From the human T2T-CHM13v2.0 reference genome, Homo sapiens: a stretch of 64,000 nucleotides of DNA. Where the stretch lies: contig CP068257.2 in assembly GCA_009914755.4 (NCBI GenBank), forward strand, positions 44,192,001 through 44,256,000, written 5' to 3'. A program made the translations under genes and the position numbers. This document shows positions 28,684 through 42,795 of this stretch, in pieces; the first letter of the stretch is position 1; each line of letters begins with the position of its first letter. The notes beneath the pieces were generated by a model. It was not told the origin of the DNA. It ran no database searches and worked only from the letters and a program-made list of their open reading frames with translations.

Positions 28684-29150
28684 GAGGGTGTCCAGGTGGC
28701 ATCTCGAACAAAGGATTGGACAAAACGCACAAACAAAGCAAGGAAAGCAAAAGCAGGGATTTATTGAGAACGAAAGTACACGCCATGGTGTGGGATCAGC
28801 CTGACCATCGGGACTCAGGAGCTTACAGAATTTTCTGGGGTTTCGATACTCTAGAGGTTTCCCCTGGTTACTTGGCGAATATTCTATGAAAATGAAGAGA
28901 ATGAAGTGAAGTCAGAGTCATTTACTCAGAATGCACCCTACTGTAAATGGAGAGGATGCTACTTGGAGTGTGTGGTCTGTATAAATGGAGAGGATGCATA
29001 TGAAGTTACAAAGGGTAAATGCCGTGAACGGAGAGGGTGAAGTGCAGTTGCAAAGCTGTTCACATCCCTGTCATTGCTGAGGAGCTTTCATTTGATTTAG
29101 TTCTAGGGAGTCAGCCTGGATGGATCAGCCTTCTGTTCCCTGCCTCCTTC
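28683..29150 (+). repeat. Copy 1 of an unclassified dispersed repeat ('family Y'); copy 2 is at 34007-34320
   Basis: agagggtgtccaggtggcatctcgaacaaaggattggacaaaacgcacaaacaaagcaaggaaagcaaaagcagggatttattgagaacgaaag ... ttttctggggtttcgatactctagaggtttcccctggttacttggcgaa ... aaatggagaggatg ... tcatttgatttagttctagggag aligns at an estimated 75-80% identity with 34007-34320. Confidence 0.6.
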
Positions 29151-29747
29151 TGTTGTCCTGCCTCACACTCAGCTGAATCTCTCTCTTTTGGTACCTTGTA
29201 ACTTAGTCTCATTTCTAGGCTAATTGTGTCATTCTCTTTCATTTCTGTCCTGGGTTAAATTAATTCTCATTTCACAGTTTCTTGTTTTAACTGTACATTT
29301 GTGTTCCTGGTGTTTTTAGTGTTTCATTTCTGTTTCTCAGCTTTTACTCATTTTGCTTTGGACTGCAGCGCTGGGTGGGAGTTCTCAGTTCCATTAGCTG
29401 AAGAAGTTTTAGTGCCCACACCCCGTTTTCCTCTCTCAGAGCCATGAAGGACTTCAGGAGTGTCTGCGACTTGGAGAACATCATTTACCCAAAGGGATTT
29501 TGCATGCCTTTTTTCTATTTATTTTAAAAGCACTTGGATTTTCCTGCACTAGCAGTAACAGGTGTTTCTAGCTGGGAATGGACATGCCAAGGGACACAGG
29601 TGGTTTACCAGGTTTCTTTGTCCAATAGCATCCTTTTTTGTTGGTCAGCAAAAATGTATGTTCTTTTTAGAAAAAAACTGAATGGTGCATTTGGAGATGG
29701 ATTAAATCTGTGTCTTCTTATGCCTTGCTATGCTTTTATTTCTGTAG

Positions 29748-30227
<480 letters not shown>

Positions 30228-31844
30228 TAAATTAATATATAATTTAATAAATATTGTTTTAAAATCAGTGTAGATATAAGGAAATACGTAAGTAAGTGCA
30301 ATTTTATCAAAACATTTCATGTAGACGTCTCACTTGTGAAGTGGAAGCCTGCCTTTGGGTTGAGTCACCTCATTTGGGGTGTTGGGGGGAAGAGCCCCAG
30401 GGGGGAGCGCTTGCTGGCACTCTGTCTCCACACTCACACTGTGCCTTGTACTCGAATGCTGAAGAGGTGTTGACTGCTGTGTTGAAGGCAAGAGGCAGTT
30501 CCGTTGAAGCCCAGTGCTGGCGGAGAGGCCCTGCACTGGTGCGCTCACACAGCCCTGTGTTTTTGTGTTTTAGGTCGGTAGGCTCCACGACAAAAGTCAA
30601 CCCTTCTGTAAATCACCTGCTGTGGTTATGATGCTCTGAGTTCAATACGTCTGAACCTTTGCTGTCTATGGATCTGCTCTAAACCTTATAGCCTGCTTAT
30701 GGGGGAAGGTGAGTTACTGTCTTTTGTTTCCATGTTTGTTTGTTTACCAAGAGTGTATATAACAAAGTCAGACTTACCCTTGACAAATGAAATCTGTTTG
30801 AAGTGACACAGTGCTGTATTTCACCCTGCTTCAGTCCACAATGTGCCCTGAAGACTATTCTGTATATGACTTTGGGAAATTGGGGATCCCTGCTTTTGAT
30901 AGCAGTGAGCTGGTTGTGGTTGAACACCTTTGGGTCCAGTGCCAGGCCAGGTGGTTCTCGCACAGCCTTCCAGCTCTCCCCTGGAGCCAGCCCCGAGAAG
31001 CCAAGGAGGCACAGGTTTCAGGAATGAAGGACAAGAAGGCTGTGCTGGGGGCTGAAGATCGTCCTGAGGTGTTTGGAAAGAGTAGGTAATGAGAGCATCA
31101 GGAGTGGGGGTGCTGTTTTGGTGGTCTGGTGATACCCTGCAGACATTAGTGCCGTGGCTTGAGCTGCTACCATGAACTTCTGTTGATACAATTGCAAGGA
31201 ACGTTGGATGAATGAGCAGTTGTGTTTGGAGCTTTTAACATATCCCTTCAAGAAGTAGGTCACCAAAAAATAAACGGGAGTATTAATATCTCAAGCAATA
31301 TAATAAATAAGTTTGAGCTGTTAGGTATATTTTGAACTCTACATGTTACTTTCTAAGCATACAGAGAGCATGTACAGTACTAGGATGTGTACAGGTGAAG
31401 TCTGTCTGTAACATAGGGATGTATGTGTACAGGTGAAATCTGTCTATAACACAGCATGTGGAGAGCATAAGGCAATTATACTGGAAATTAATAGTAAAGG
31501 AATAGCTTACATAAATAATATGCTATAAAAAACTCTTGTTAGAAATAAAATCATAAAAGAAATAAAAGAACTTTAGGGCTGAGTGATTATGAGGCAGTAT
31601 ATGTCCAAATTAGCATGACACAGCTAAAGCAGTGCTTAGAAGGACATTTGTAGCTATAAACACGTGTTAAGAAACATGAAAAATTAACTCAAGAGGCTGA
31701 AAAAAGAGCAAGAGAGAAAGCCCAAGGATCCATAAGGCAGAAATCAGTGAAATAGAGAGCACAGAAAAACAGAAAATTCACAGTCCTGAAAGCTGTTTTG
31801 TGTTTTAGAGTCAATAGTTAGATCTTTGGTTAAAGAAAGTGGAA

Positions 31845-32868
<1,024 letters not shown>

Positions 32869-32933
32869 GACGGCTTCGAAGGTCGAGGCAAGGAACGTGG
32901 CCTGGAAAAGACAAGGGAAAATTTCCCCAAAGC

Positions 32934-33447
32934 CTTCAGAAGGAACACAGCCCTGCAGCCACCCTGACTTTTGTTCAGAAGGAACACAGCCCTGCAGCCA
33001 CCCTGACTTTTGTTCAGAAGGAACACAGCCCTGCAGCCATGCTGATTTTTGTTCAGAAGGAACACAGCCCTGCAGCCACCCTGACTTCTGTTCGGAAGGA
33101 ACACAGCCCTGCAGCCATGCTGATTTTTGTTCAGAAGGAACACAGCCCTGCAGCCACACTGATTTTTGTTCAGAAGGAACACAGCCCTGCAGCCACCCTG
33201 ACTTCTGTTCGGAAGGAACGCAGCCCTGCAGCCATGCTGATTTTTGTTCAGAAGGAACACAGCCCTGCAGCCACCCTGACTTCTGTTCGGAAGGAACACA
33301 GCCCTGCAGCCATGCTGATTTTTGTTCAGAAGGAACACAGCCCTGCAGCCACACTGATTTTTGTTCAGAAGGAACACAGCCCTGCAGCCACCGTGACTTT
33401 TGTTCAGAAGGAACACAGCCCTGTAAACACCGTGACTTGTCTAGTGA
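32934..33447. repeat. Minisatellite (VNTR), about 13 copies of a 39 bp unit (agaaggaacacagccctgcagccaccctgacttttgttc); variants caccctgactt / catgctgattt / cacactgattt
   Basis: aggaacacag recurs at 32941, 32980, 33019, 33058 ... 33370 and 33409, an exact 39 bp period; because 39 is divisible by 3 the array reads open in all six frames, which explains the 185/190/220-aa repetitive ORFs in the ORF track. Confidence 0.95.
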
Positions 33448-34006
33448 GATCTGATTCAGACCTCTGACTTCTGGAAATAGAAGATAATAAATTTGTGATG
33501 TAATTTGTAACATCAGCAATAGTAAACTAATACAGTAACTTTTATAGAAAAATGGGTGAAGGATCGGAAAGACAGTTTACAGAAGAAGAAGTACAAAAGG
33601 CTGGTGAAGAGATGTGCAAACTCACTTCTTGTCTGAGAGATGCAGAGTGACATGGCGTGTACACTTCCCACAGCTGAGACCAGCAGGAGCGGGCAGTGGA
33701 CTCGCACCAGGCATTGGGAGCAGATGCGGAAAGTGCACATGCCGCTGGCCAGAGGGGGTGGGCTGGCATGTCTTCTCTGGAGCCTGCTGTGACCTGGCAT
33801 GCTGTCCTGCATCTCTGTGGTGACAAAATCTCCACGGGTTCATGGAGACAGATGCACACAGCATCTCCTTGTTGTGCTCCGTGGATGTCGGGGTGGAAGG
33901 TGACCTCAGTGCCCCTGCCTAGAAGAGTGAAAACCTAACTGTGGCAGAAGCCAGATGCCGTGGGTTGGGTGTGCCAATGGCCCTTAAAGGCAGGGCTGGC
34001 GTTACT

Positions 34007-34320
34007 GGTGGAGGGTGTCCAGGTTCTTGGCGTTTTGAAAAAATAATTGGACAAAACACACAAACAAAGCAAGGAAAGAATGAAGCAGTGAGAGCAGAGA
34101 TTTACTGAAAATGAGAGCACAGTCCACAGGGTGGGAGCAGCCCGAGCAAGCAGCTCACGGGCCCCAGCGACAGAATTTTCTGGGGTTTCAATACCCTCTG
34201 CAGGTTTCCATTGGTTACTTGGTGTACACCCCTGTGAATGGAGAGGGTGTTCCTGTCATGGCTGAAGTGTTTGCATTTGATTTAGTTCTAGGAAGACCTT
34301 AGGTTTCTTCCCTGCAGGCC
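34007..34320 (+). repeat. Copy 2 of the unclassified dispersed repeat ('family Y'), direct orientation relative to 28683-29150
   Basis: ggagggtgtccaggttcttggcgttttgaaaaaataattggacaaaacacacaaacaaagcaaggaaagaatgaagcagtgagagcagagatttactgaaaatgagagcac ... ttttctggggtttcaataccctctgcaggtttccattggttacttggtg ... gaatggagagggtg ... gcatttgatttagttctaggaag. Confidence 0.6.
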
Positions 34321-35334
34321 CTCTTCTCCTGCCTCACTGGGTTAAAAAGCTAAGAAACATGAGTGGTGTTAAACCATTCTGCCTGTGTGAGTACAGACGC
34401 GTGCATAGGAAATTAAATACACACATACTTTGCAAGAGCATATGTGAGTAAGAGTCAGGCACTCGGTGTTTTAGAATGGGCTCCTGCGTGGTGGCAGTGG
34501 CAGGTGGTGGTGATAAGGGCCGGTGAGAATAAAAAGGAGCCGATGGTACGGGGCAGGAGCCGCTCCCAGGAAGCGGTGGTGCCGACGTGTCATAAACTGA
34601 TATCCGCATCTCAGCCTCTGTGCACGAGGCTAGGAAGAGAAGAGATTTCCAAAAAGGTAAGAGTGGGGCGGGGGGGACAAAAACGCAAAGAAACACAAAG
34701 AGCAGCATCCGTGTGAAGTTGGGCCTGGGAGAGAGATGGAAGGGGTGGGATGAGGCCTCTACGTTTCACAGCTCAGTAACCTGGGCCCTGAGAGGCTGTG
34801 CGGTTTGTTCCATGCAAGGGCCAGCCTGGACTTGCAGGCTCAAATACGACTCCTCCTGCCCTGCATGTGTGTCAGCTACCACACATGCTTTTTTAAAATT
34901 TATTTTTGTTTTTATTTTTAGTTGTTGTAAAATGTACATAACATAGAATTTTCCATCTTAACTATTTTTTAGCATACAGTTCAGGGATATGCTGGGCAGC
35001 CATCACCACCATTATCTCCAGAACTTTCTCAACTTTTTGAACTGAATCTCTGTCCCCATTAAACCCTCCCTCCCCCAGCCTCTGGCACCCAGGATCCTAC
35101 TCTCTGTCTCTAGGAATCTGACTGCTCTAGGGACCGCTACACGTGGAATTATATGGCATTTGTCTGTTTGTATCTGGCTTCTTTCTTTTAGTCTGCTGTC
35201 TTCAGGGTTCATCTACACTGTGGCATGTGTGAGAATGTCCTTCCTTTTGAAAGCTGACCGATATCCTGTTGTATGTAAAGACTGCAGCCATCAGTGGACA
35301 GGAAGGCTTCACCCGTTTGGCTGTTAGGAGCGGT

Positions 35335-35435
35335 GCCCTTGTGTGTGCCTATCTCAAGTGTTTTATTCTTTGTGATGCTATTGTAAATAGAAGTGTTTTC
35401 TTAATTTCCCTCTTGGATTGTTCACTGTGAGGAGA
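35335..35435 (-). mobile_element. Short L1 ORF2-region fragment, antisense
   Basis: ctatctcaagtgttttattctttgtgatgctattgtaaatagaagtgttttcttaatttccctcttggattgttcactgtgag resembles the L1 antisense '...tattctttttgatgctattgtaaatgggattgttttcttaatttctctttctgat...'. Confidence 0.65.
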
Positions 35436-36588
35436 AGATGCTCTTTGATGAGACTGAAATGAAGCTGGGTGTGGGCTCTGGGTGGGTGGAGCAAGCACTC
35501 CGAGCCTCTGCCCCGCGGAATGCAGTGGTCTGAGAAGTAAGTAGCAGGAGTGCTGGAGGAAATGGAAACTTACGATCTCTCCTGCCTGAGTTCACAGCAG
35601 GCTGAAACCCAGAAGATGGCAGAAAGCTGACAGAGAGCTCCAGGAGGAGCCTCTCGGAACAGCTCGAAGAGCAGGAAAGGGGACCCTAGGCAGCCTTATG
35701 GCGACAATAGTGGTGCCAGGAATGGCCAAGGGGGTCCGCAGGGGCCCCCAGGCTCCACCACGGAGGGAGGGAGCCTTCCTCTCCAAGTCTGGCAGCGATG
35801 CCCAAGTGCCTTCTCTCTCTCTGCGCTTTCCCACAGCTGATCCTGGAGGAGTGCACCTGGGAAGCCAGTGCACAGAGCTGGAGCTTCCCGACTGCAGGAG
35901 GGAAAAGAGGAATCCTGGGATCTGGGAGGCACAGGGAGGCCAGCACAGACGCAGGCTCCGGAAGCCCACGGAGAGGGCTGGGCATTCTCCCACACTCATC
36001 CCCAGCTTCACATACACACATCCGCCCTCAAACAGCCCATCACAGACCTTGAGAACCGCACCATGGGGTGGACTGCTGCCCAGTTCCCAGACCCCACACC
36101 CCACCAGCACAGAGGGGGGCATGCGTGGGAAGGCCTGGAGAGCCCTGCAAAGACCGAAACAACCAACGTGGGAACCACATACAGAGCCCCTTAGAGTTGA
36201 AGCCTGAACCCAACCAGGCCGGTTGCCTCCTACATCTGAGATATAAATGCTCTCTCTGGGATTTAAATGAGACCCAAGGCTGCCTCCGTACCCCGCCACC
36301 CTAGGTCTGTGCTGCAGGCCATGCAGTGTGTGGGGTCAGGCCCATGTGTCTGTCTGCCTTCTGCCCAGGATCCAAGTGCCCGATGGCCTGAGGGCCGGAC
36401 CCCACACAGGCACAGAACGCGCTGCAGAGGTGACAGGCGGGTGGAACCCAGGGAGACAGAAAACCTCCTGCCAGGGAAGTTGCTCGGCTTGGAGAGAGGA
36501 CTAAACTCTGACCTTTTTCCTCTCTTGCCCAAATTCCTATCTAAGGAGCCTGGGGAGTCACACCGTACAAACCGTAACATCTCATGAG

Positions 36589-37050
36589 ACAGGTTTTATT
36601 TAACCCAATATAACGTGGCTTTTCAATCTGACTGTGGCTTCACATCACATGACAGATAAAGTAGGAAACAGAAATATTTTACCCCAAAATATGTTTATTT
36701 GCCATATTTTGAAATGGGCCTCCAAAGCCATCTTTTATGGGGGAAAGTTTGCATCTGTAAAGAACCTGTATTAACATAACTGGATCTTTCCCCTTCCAGA
36801 CCCTCCCAATCCTGAGGAGCCTGGCTGAGAGTCTAGTGCCTTGTGAAGGTCTGAATAGGAAACATTTGCCATGTATTGCCTCTAAGGGTGGACACCTATG
36901 AGATTTCATCCACATAATAAGGACCTTGGTCTCCACAGCCCCTTCTCTTAACCCAGACACTCCTTTCTATTGATTCCAGGCCTTCAGATAGTAACTTAAC
37001 TCATTCAACCAAGTACCCATCAGAACATCTTTTAATTCATCTGATAGAGC
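36589..37050 (-). repeat. Left arm of an inverted repeat (reverse complement of 37518-37975); unclassified LTR-like interspersed repeat ('family X')
   Basis: 36721 ccaaagccatcttttatgggggaaagtttgcatctgtaaagaacctgtattaacataactggatc is the reverse complement of 37783-37847 gatcaagctatgttaatagagattctttacagatgcagatgttcccccacaaaggacggctttg; 36592 ggttttatttaacccaatata is the reverse complement of about 37955-37975 tatagggttaaataaaacc; estimated 75-80% identity. Confidence 0.7.
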
Positions 37051-38210
37051 TTGGATATTTGCCCTACCCACATCTCACATGGAAATGTGATCCCGAGTGT
37101 TGGAGGTGGGTCTGGTGGGAGGTGTTTGGGTCATGGGTGCGGCTTCCCCATGAACGGCCTGGGCCATCCCCTGGTGATGACCGAGCTCTTGTCCTTGAGT
37201 TCACAGGAGACCTAGTTGTGTAAAAGTGTGTGGCACGCCCCCCCCACCCCCGCTCTGCCCCGGTGACGTGCCTGCTCCTCTGCCTCCCGCCATGATCGCA
37301 AGTTTCCTGATGTCAAAGAAAAAAGTCCAACTCTGTAAAATATTTGAAGAGATTTATTCTGAGCCAAATCTGCATGACCATGGCCTGTGACGCAGCCCTC
37401 AGGAGGTCCTGAGAACATGTACCCAAGGCGGTCGGGTACAGCCTGGTTTTATTCACTTTAGGGAGGCATGAGACATCAATCAAATACATTTAACAAATAC
37501 ATTGGTTTGGTCCAGAAAGGTGGGACAACTCAAAGTGAGGGCTTCCAGGCTATCAGTAAATTTAAACATTTTCTTGCTGACGGTTGAGTTTGTCTAAAGA
37601 CCTGGGATCATAGAAAGGAAATGCTCAGGTTAAGATAAAGCATTGTGGAGACCAAGGTTCTTCTGAAGTCTCATAGTGGCTGTCCTTAGAGACAGTCGAT
37701 GACAAATGCTTCCTATTCAGACCTTTAAAAGCTGCTGGACTCTCAGTTAATCTCTTCAGGATTGGGAGGGCCTGGGAGAAAAAGATCAAGCTATGTTAAT
37801 AGAGATTCTTTACAGATGCAGATGTTCCCCCACAAAGGACGGCTTTGTAGGACCATCTCAAGATATGGCAAAGAAACATGTTTTGGGGTAAATTATTTTG
37901 TATTCTTTGTCTCATAATGTTATGCCAGGTTGGAAAGTAAGTCACAATATAGGGTTAAATAAAACCCATCTGATGAGAATTTATGGTTTGTAGAGCATGA
38001 CTCCCCAGAACCCTTAGATAGGAATATAGGCAAGAAAAAAAATCAGAATTGAGTCCTCACGGAGGCCCCTCTCCAGAAGCCAAACAGATGCCAATGCTGA
38101 GCCTCCTGTATGGCCTGCAGAACCCTGAGCCAGCTGAAATCCTTTCTTTATAAATTACCCAGCCTCAGGCATTCCTTTATGACAATGCAAGAACAGCCTA
38201 ATACACCACC
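37045..38210 (+). mobile_element. MaLR-type (MST/THE1-like) LTR split by a roughly 735 bp nested insertion of 'family X' at about 37317-38050
   Basis: The 5' part cccacatctcacatggaaatgtgatcccgagtgttggaggtgggtctggtgggaggtgtttgggtcatgggtgcgg...cccgccatgatcgcaagtttcctga and the 3' part ccagaagccaaacagatgccaatgctgagcctcctgtatggcctgcagaaccctgagccagctgaaatcctttctttataaattacccagcctcaggcattcctttatgacaatgcaagaacagcctaatacacc match the start and end of the MaLR LTR consensus; the intervening sequence does not. Confidence 0.5.
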
Positions 38211-39367
38211 TATAACCCCCCACCTTTGAGCTGTCCTGCCTTTCTGGACCTCAAAGCAGAGCACACCTCACTATATCTCCCTAAACCATATAAAACCAGG
38301 CTGCACCCCAGCCACCCTGGGCACAAGTTCTTAGGTTCTCCTGAGGCTGTGCCTCAGCCATGGTCACTCACATTTGGCTCAGAGTAAATCTCTTCAAATA
38401 TTATTTTGTAGAGTTTAGCTCTTCTTGTTGACAGGAGCCAGCATGTACCAGTGACCAGAAAGCCTCAAGCCCTGGTGCTGGCTTCTCTGCCACTCTTGGA
38501 CCCATGAGCCCTGGATGGGATGGGGAAACAGGGCTGCCCCCCAGGGCCTTGCTCTCCAGTGTTGACGGAGGTGTCGTGGGAGAGGCTCGCAGAGGGCAGG
38601 GGTGTTGCCTCCCCCCACAGCCAAGCCAGGCCTCCCCCATTCCCACACCCTTCCCACTGACCGTGCTCCTCAGACCCACCCTGCACTCCTGCCTTGCGGG
38701 CCATGCCCCAGGGAGCCTCATGGACCTCCCTTACCTCCCTCCAGTCTCTGACCTGTCAACCAAAATGGGATTGTGGCAGATCTTAATCTGCTCAGAGGTT
38801 TATTTTGCCAAGGTTGAGGACTCGCCAGGGAGAGAGACAGAAGTTACTGTAGGACCTGTTGCCTGGGATTTTTCCGAAGAGACTTTTAGGACTTTCGTAT
38901 TTGAAGGGGAAAGAGCTGGCGGGAGGCGGTAGAGGACCTGTCATCTACGCACGGTCTCTCCAAGAATCTGCATTTCCCATAAGGTGAAGTAAACCTGGAG
39001 CAGAGGAAGACATGCATGTGTCTCGGGCTGGGCGGAGGAGGGACGGCTTCTCGTCTTGTCTTAGTCCTGTACCTGTGAAGATAAGCTGTTTATTGACACT
39101 GTCAGGGTGAGAGTCAGCAGGACACTGCCTTAGGGTACAGACTGGGGCCCAGAGGGCATTTCCGTGTGGGCAGCTGGTGAGGGAGGCCCCTGGGGAGCCT
39201 CGCAGCCTTCTATCTGCAGCTGTCTGCTTAGGACCAAAAGGAAGGCCACCTTTGCATGACTCTGTTCCCAAACTGAACTCCTCGTCATAGTGGGTTTGGG
39301 GTCCTGAGATTTTATTTTCCTTCCACAGTTCCCAGGTCCCCCTTCAGTGAGGTCTTCCTGATGGATG

Positions 39368-39735
39368 CTGATATGGTCTGGCTGTGTCCCCACCCAAATC
39401 TCATCTTGAATTGTAGCTCCCACAATTCCTACAGGTCATGGGAGGGACTCAGTGGGAGGTAAGTGAATCATGGGGGCGGGTCTTTCCCGTGCTGTTCTCG
39501 TGATAGTGAGTAAGTCTCATGAGATCTGATGGTTTTCTAAAGCATAGTTCCTCTGCACGTGCCCTCTCTTGCCGGCCACCATGTAAGACGTCCCTTTGCT
39601 CTTCCTGCATCTTCCACCATGATTGTGAGGCCTCCCCAGCCATGTGGAACTGTGAGTCCATGAAACCTCTTTCCTTTATAAATTACACAGTCTCGGGTAT
39701 GTCTGTATTACCAGCGTGAGAACAGATGAATACAG
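39368..39735 (+). mobile_element. THE1-type MaLR solo LTR
   Basis: tgatatggtctggctgtgtccccacccaaatctcatcttgaattgtagctcccacaattcc...gggaggtaagtgaatcatgggggcgggtctttcccgtgctgttctcgtgatagtgagtaagtctcatgagatctgatggttttctaaag...ccatgtaagacgtccctttgctc...gattgtgaggcctccccagccatgtggaactgtgagtccatgaaacctctttcctttataaattacacagtctcgggtatgtctgtattaccagcgtgagaacagatgaatacag. Confidence 0.9.
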
Positions 39736-42439
39736 ACGCCATATAAAACCCCAATCCAGCCTTTCCAGCCTTGTCTGCTGCCACCAACTCCTGCTGCTTG
39801 TCCACTCCTTTGCTGGTGTCACCGTCCTTGGGATGTGAGCTCTGTGAATGCCCGGCACTGTGCTGTGGTATCAGCAGGTCCCCGACCAGGAACAGCTGAG
39901 CCAGGAGGGGCCGTGCTGCAGAGGTGGCCAGCGGGTCAGGGTACAAGGCCAGAGAGGGTTCTCTGAGAGAGAATTGCATCATATGGGGGTTCCCCTGCAT
40001 GGCTATGCATCAGAAGCAGGGATGAATCCATTTCACACTCTCCCCATTTACTGCTTCAGAGCCCCTGGGGAGGAAAACTCCCAGGTTGCCCAGGAAACTC
40101 CAAGGTGGCCCTTGGGACCCTGGACAGCTGGCCTTCCACTGGCTGCCAGCCTCACCCTGGCTCCCTGCCTCTGCTCAGGGAAGGCCAGTCCTAACACGCG
40201 ACATCTCCCCTCTTGGAGAAACCACTAGGGGCAGCCGTCAGTGTGATGGGTGGGCGCCTGGCCCCAGAGCGGGCTCCACACTCGGCTGGGCACCTCCCTC
40301 TCCAGGGCCTGTTCCAGCACTGAGTGCGCCTTTGGGGATCGTGCACCGTGAGCAGCACAGCTGGACCCCAGGTGAGGGCACTTCACCTCCCAGGCCTGGT
40401 CTCCACACCCGGGTCACAGAGAGACATGTCAGCTGAGGAAGCAGGGCAGGCGGCCTCTTCCTTCAACACCTTTAACTTCCTTTAAATGGAGAAGGGAGGC
40501 TGCTCCTGGGGAACACAGAGGGCCGCTCCACTGTAAAACCACAGCAGCTGTGCACCAGGATGGGCCTCAGGGACCAGCCAGCCCAGGGATGGCCGGTGCC
40601 CCCACCCTCTGACAAATGCACCCAGGAGTCAAGCATGGGGGTGTCCTCGGCACCTGGATTGGAAGGTTCTTGCCATTGTGGATGGGGTCTGACCTCCTGG
40701 ACTTCGGTGGGTAACCGAAGGCTCCAGCACGCAGCTTCAGAAAGACCAGAGCCAGGCCCAGGTGCCCTCTCCAGCCGACATCGGGCTGTGGCCTCTGGGC
40801 TGCTTCTCCTTCCTGTGGCTTCCAAGTCCCAGGGTACATCGGTGCCCTTCTGTGTCCTGGCAGTTTTAGAGAAAAGGAATGAAGCAGCTGTATTCACATA
40901 CATGTAGTAAATGTGAAATTTTCACAGCAGCACCATTAGGTCTCTAATTTTATTACGTCGAAAGTTGCATGTTGGCAGGAGTGATATGGCTAACAGCAGT
41001 TAGGACTGTGCAGCTGACTTGGTTGACATTTTACACCATGTTGCTGTCTGTGTTGAACACGCAGTTGGGGCTGCAACTTACATGGCCTTTTATCCTCTTT
41101 CTACCGAAATGGTTGGAAAACAGAAGGGTTCCATGGAGAAATGGCAGATTCTGGGTGGGGAAGCACAAATGAGCCTGAGCACATGACAGCCCCAAGGTAG
41201 AAAACCCATCGCCCTGGAGGGACACCGAAGCCCACCTGAAAGAGCCTCTCATGGCCAACAGCAAAGATCGTGCGAGGCTGCGTGACAGCGCAGAGTAAAA
41301 CAGGCACAATGCAGACTGCGGGGGAGATGGACAGCCCTTCCTTACACAGGCAGTTACACACACGTGATGCAGCTGTGCCCCTCCGGCCGGCAGCGACCCC
41401 TCCCCTGAGCGTGGCCCTGGGAGCAGGATTGGTAGAGGAAACAGTGTGGCGAGGAGCAGCCCTTGGCAGCGACCCCCGTGGAGGTGCAGTGCTCGCCTTG
41501 GGTGCAAATGACTGTGTTCGGCCTCCACTCCGAGGCTGCTGGCAGTGACCCCTCCGAGCAGGGCCGCTCTGTACCTCCCCTCGCCCTCACTGGGCTCTTG
41601 GCGGCACTGAGCCAGCGGCTCCTCCTGCCCATCCTGGGCCCTGTGGAGGCCCCTGCCCCAGTTCCCCTCCTGCCTCTGGGCTGCTCCTTCCCAGTCACAC
41701 CCTCAGCTCCTCCCTTCACAAGCGCTGTGGCTTGGTGTGCAGCCGCCTCCATGCCTTCTCACCTCTGCCAGCACCCCCTCTCAGCTGCTGCCTGGTCAGC
41801 TTCCTTCTCCCCACCGCACACAGCAGGTGAGAAGGACACTTACCCACAGCACCCACCTGGGCCTCACATCTGCTGGTAGCCACCCACCTTCCACCCCACT
41901 GGCAACCAGGCCCTGCCTGCCTGTTCTGCTTTGCCTTCCAGCAGGCTGTTTGTGAACACCACAGGCCCACCCACACCAGCCTCAACGCTCAGTGTCCAGT
42001 CCTGCCCCAGCCAGCTGGGGCAACAGCCTGGGCCCTTGCCAGCCTGGGTGCCAGCCCCACCACCCAAGCTTTAGGGCCAGAGCACGCCTTGAGTGATTCT
42101 GCCATTGTTCTCCCCATCCGTAACAGGAACCCCACACCGAGAGCTGCTCAAGATTAAATTAGTCAGCAGTGCCAGATGCAGAGCGAGAGTTGTCTTAATG
42201 TGGCCACCGTATCCTCCTCCTCTTCTTCCCTGACCCCTCCGTGTTCATAAGCTCAGTGCTTGCAGACAGCACTGAGGGCAGAGCCTGCCCAGTGGAGAGG
42301 AATGGACTGGATGGCGCCAGCTGGGCCTGCTTCTCGCCCTGCACTTCAGCTTGTGCCTCCTTTGGCCCCAAAATTATAGGTACAGACTACAAGGAAATAA
42401 GAGAGAGACAGAACGGGATCCACTCAAAGGTCATGGTTT

Positions 42440-42795
42440 TAGTACGTTTCTGCTGCTAGAACAAGATACCCAACACTGGGCAATTTATAAACAGAATCAA
42501 TGTATCACTCACCATTATGGAGGCTGGCAATCCAGGATCAAGACTCTAGCAGGTTTTGCGCCTGGGAAGGGTCGGCCTGTCTGAGACAGCACCTTGAACG
42601 CTGCTTCCCCTGGAGGCCACGAACGCTGTGTCCCCATGGTGGATGGGATGTAAGGGTAAAAAGGACCCTGCTAGTTTTCTTGAGCCTTTTTATGAGGCAC
42701 TGGTCCATTTCTGAGAGCGGAGTCTCATGGCCTAATCACCTCCTGATACCATCACACTGGGTCTTAAGTTTCAACATAGGAATTGGGGTGGGGGG
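42440..42795 (+). mobile_element. MaLR-like LTR fragment (MLT1/MST-type)
   Basis: ctgctgctagaacaagatacccaacactgggcaatttataaacagaatcaatgtatcactcaccattatggaggctggcaatccaggatcaagactctagcagg...tcatggcctaatcacctcctgataccatcacactgggtcttaagtttcaacataggaattggggtggggggggggacac follows the shared architecture of MaLR LTRs; ends in a G10 run. Confidence 0.45.

Noticed and set aside
32934-33447. A regular direct-repeat array that could superficially suggest CRISPR
   Set aside because: The units are contiguous with no unique spacers, the host is a primate genome, and there are no cas-like ORFs. This is a eukaryotic VNTR. The same reasoning applies to the arrays at 3106-3358, 51585-51985, 55745-55925 and 25965-26370.
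35592-36299. 235 aa ORF on the - strand, overlapped by several + and - ORFs
   Set aside because: The same GC-rich chance-ORF pattern, with multiple overlapping frames open at once, which is the hallmark of high-GC non-coding DNA.
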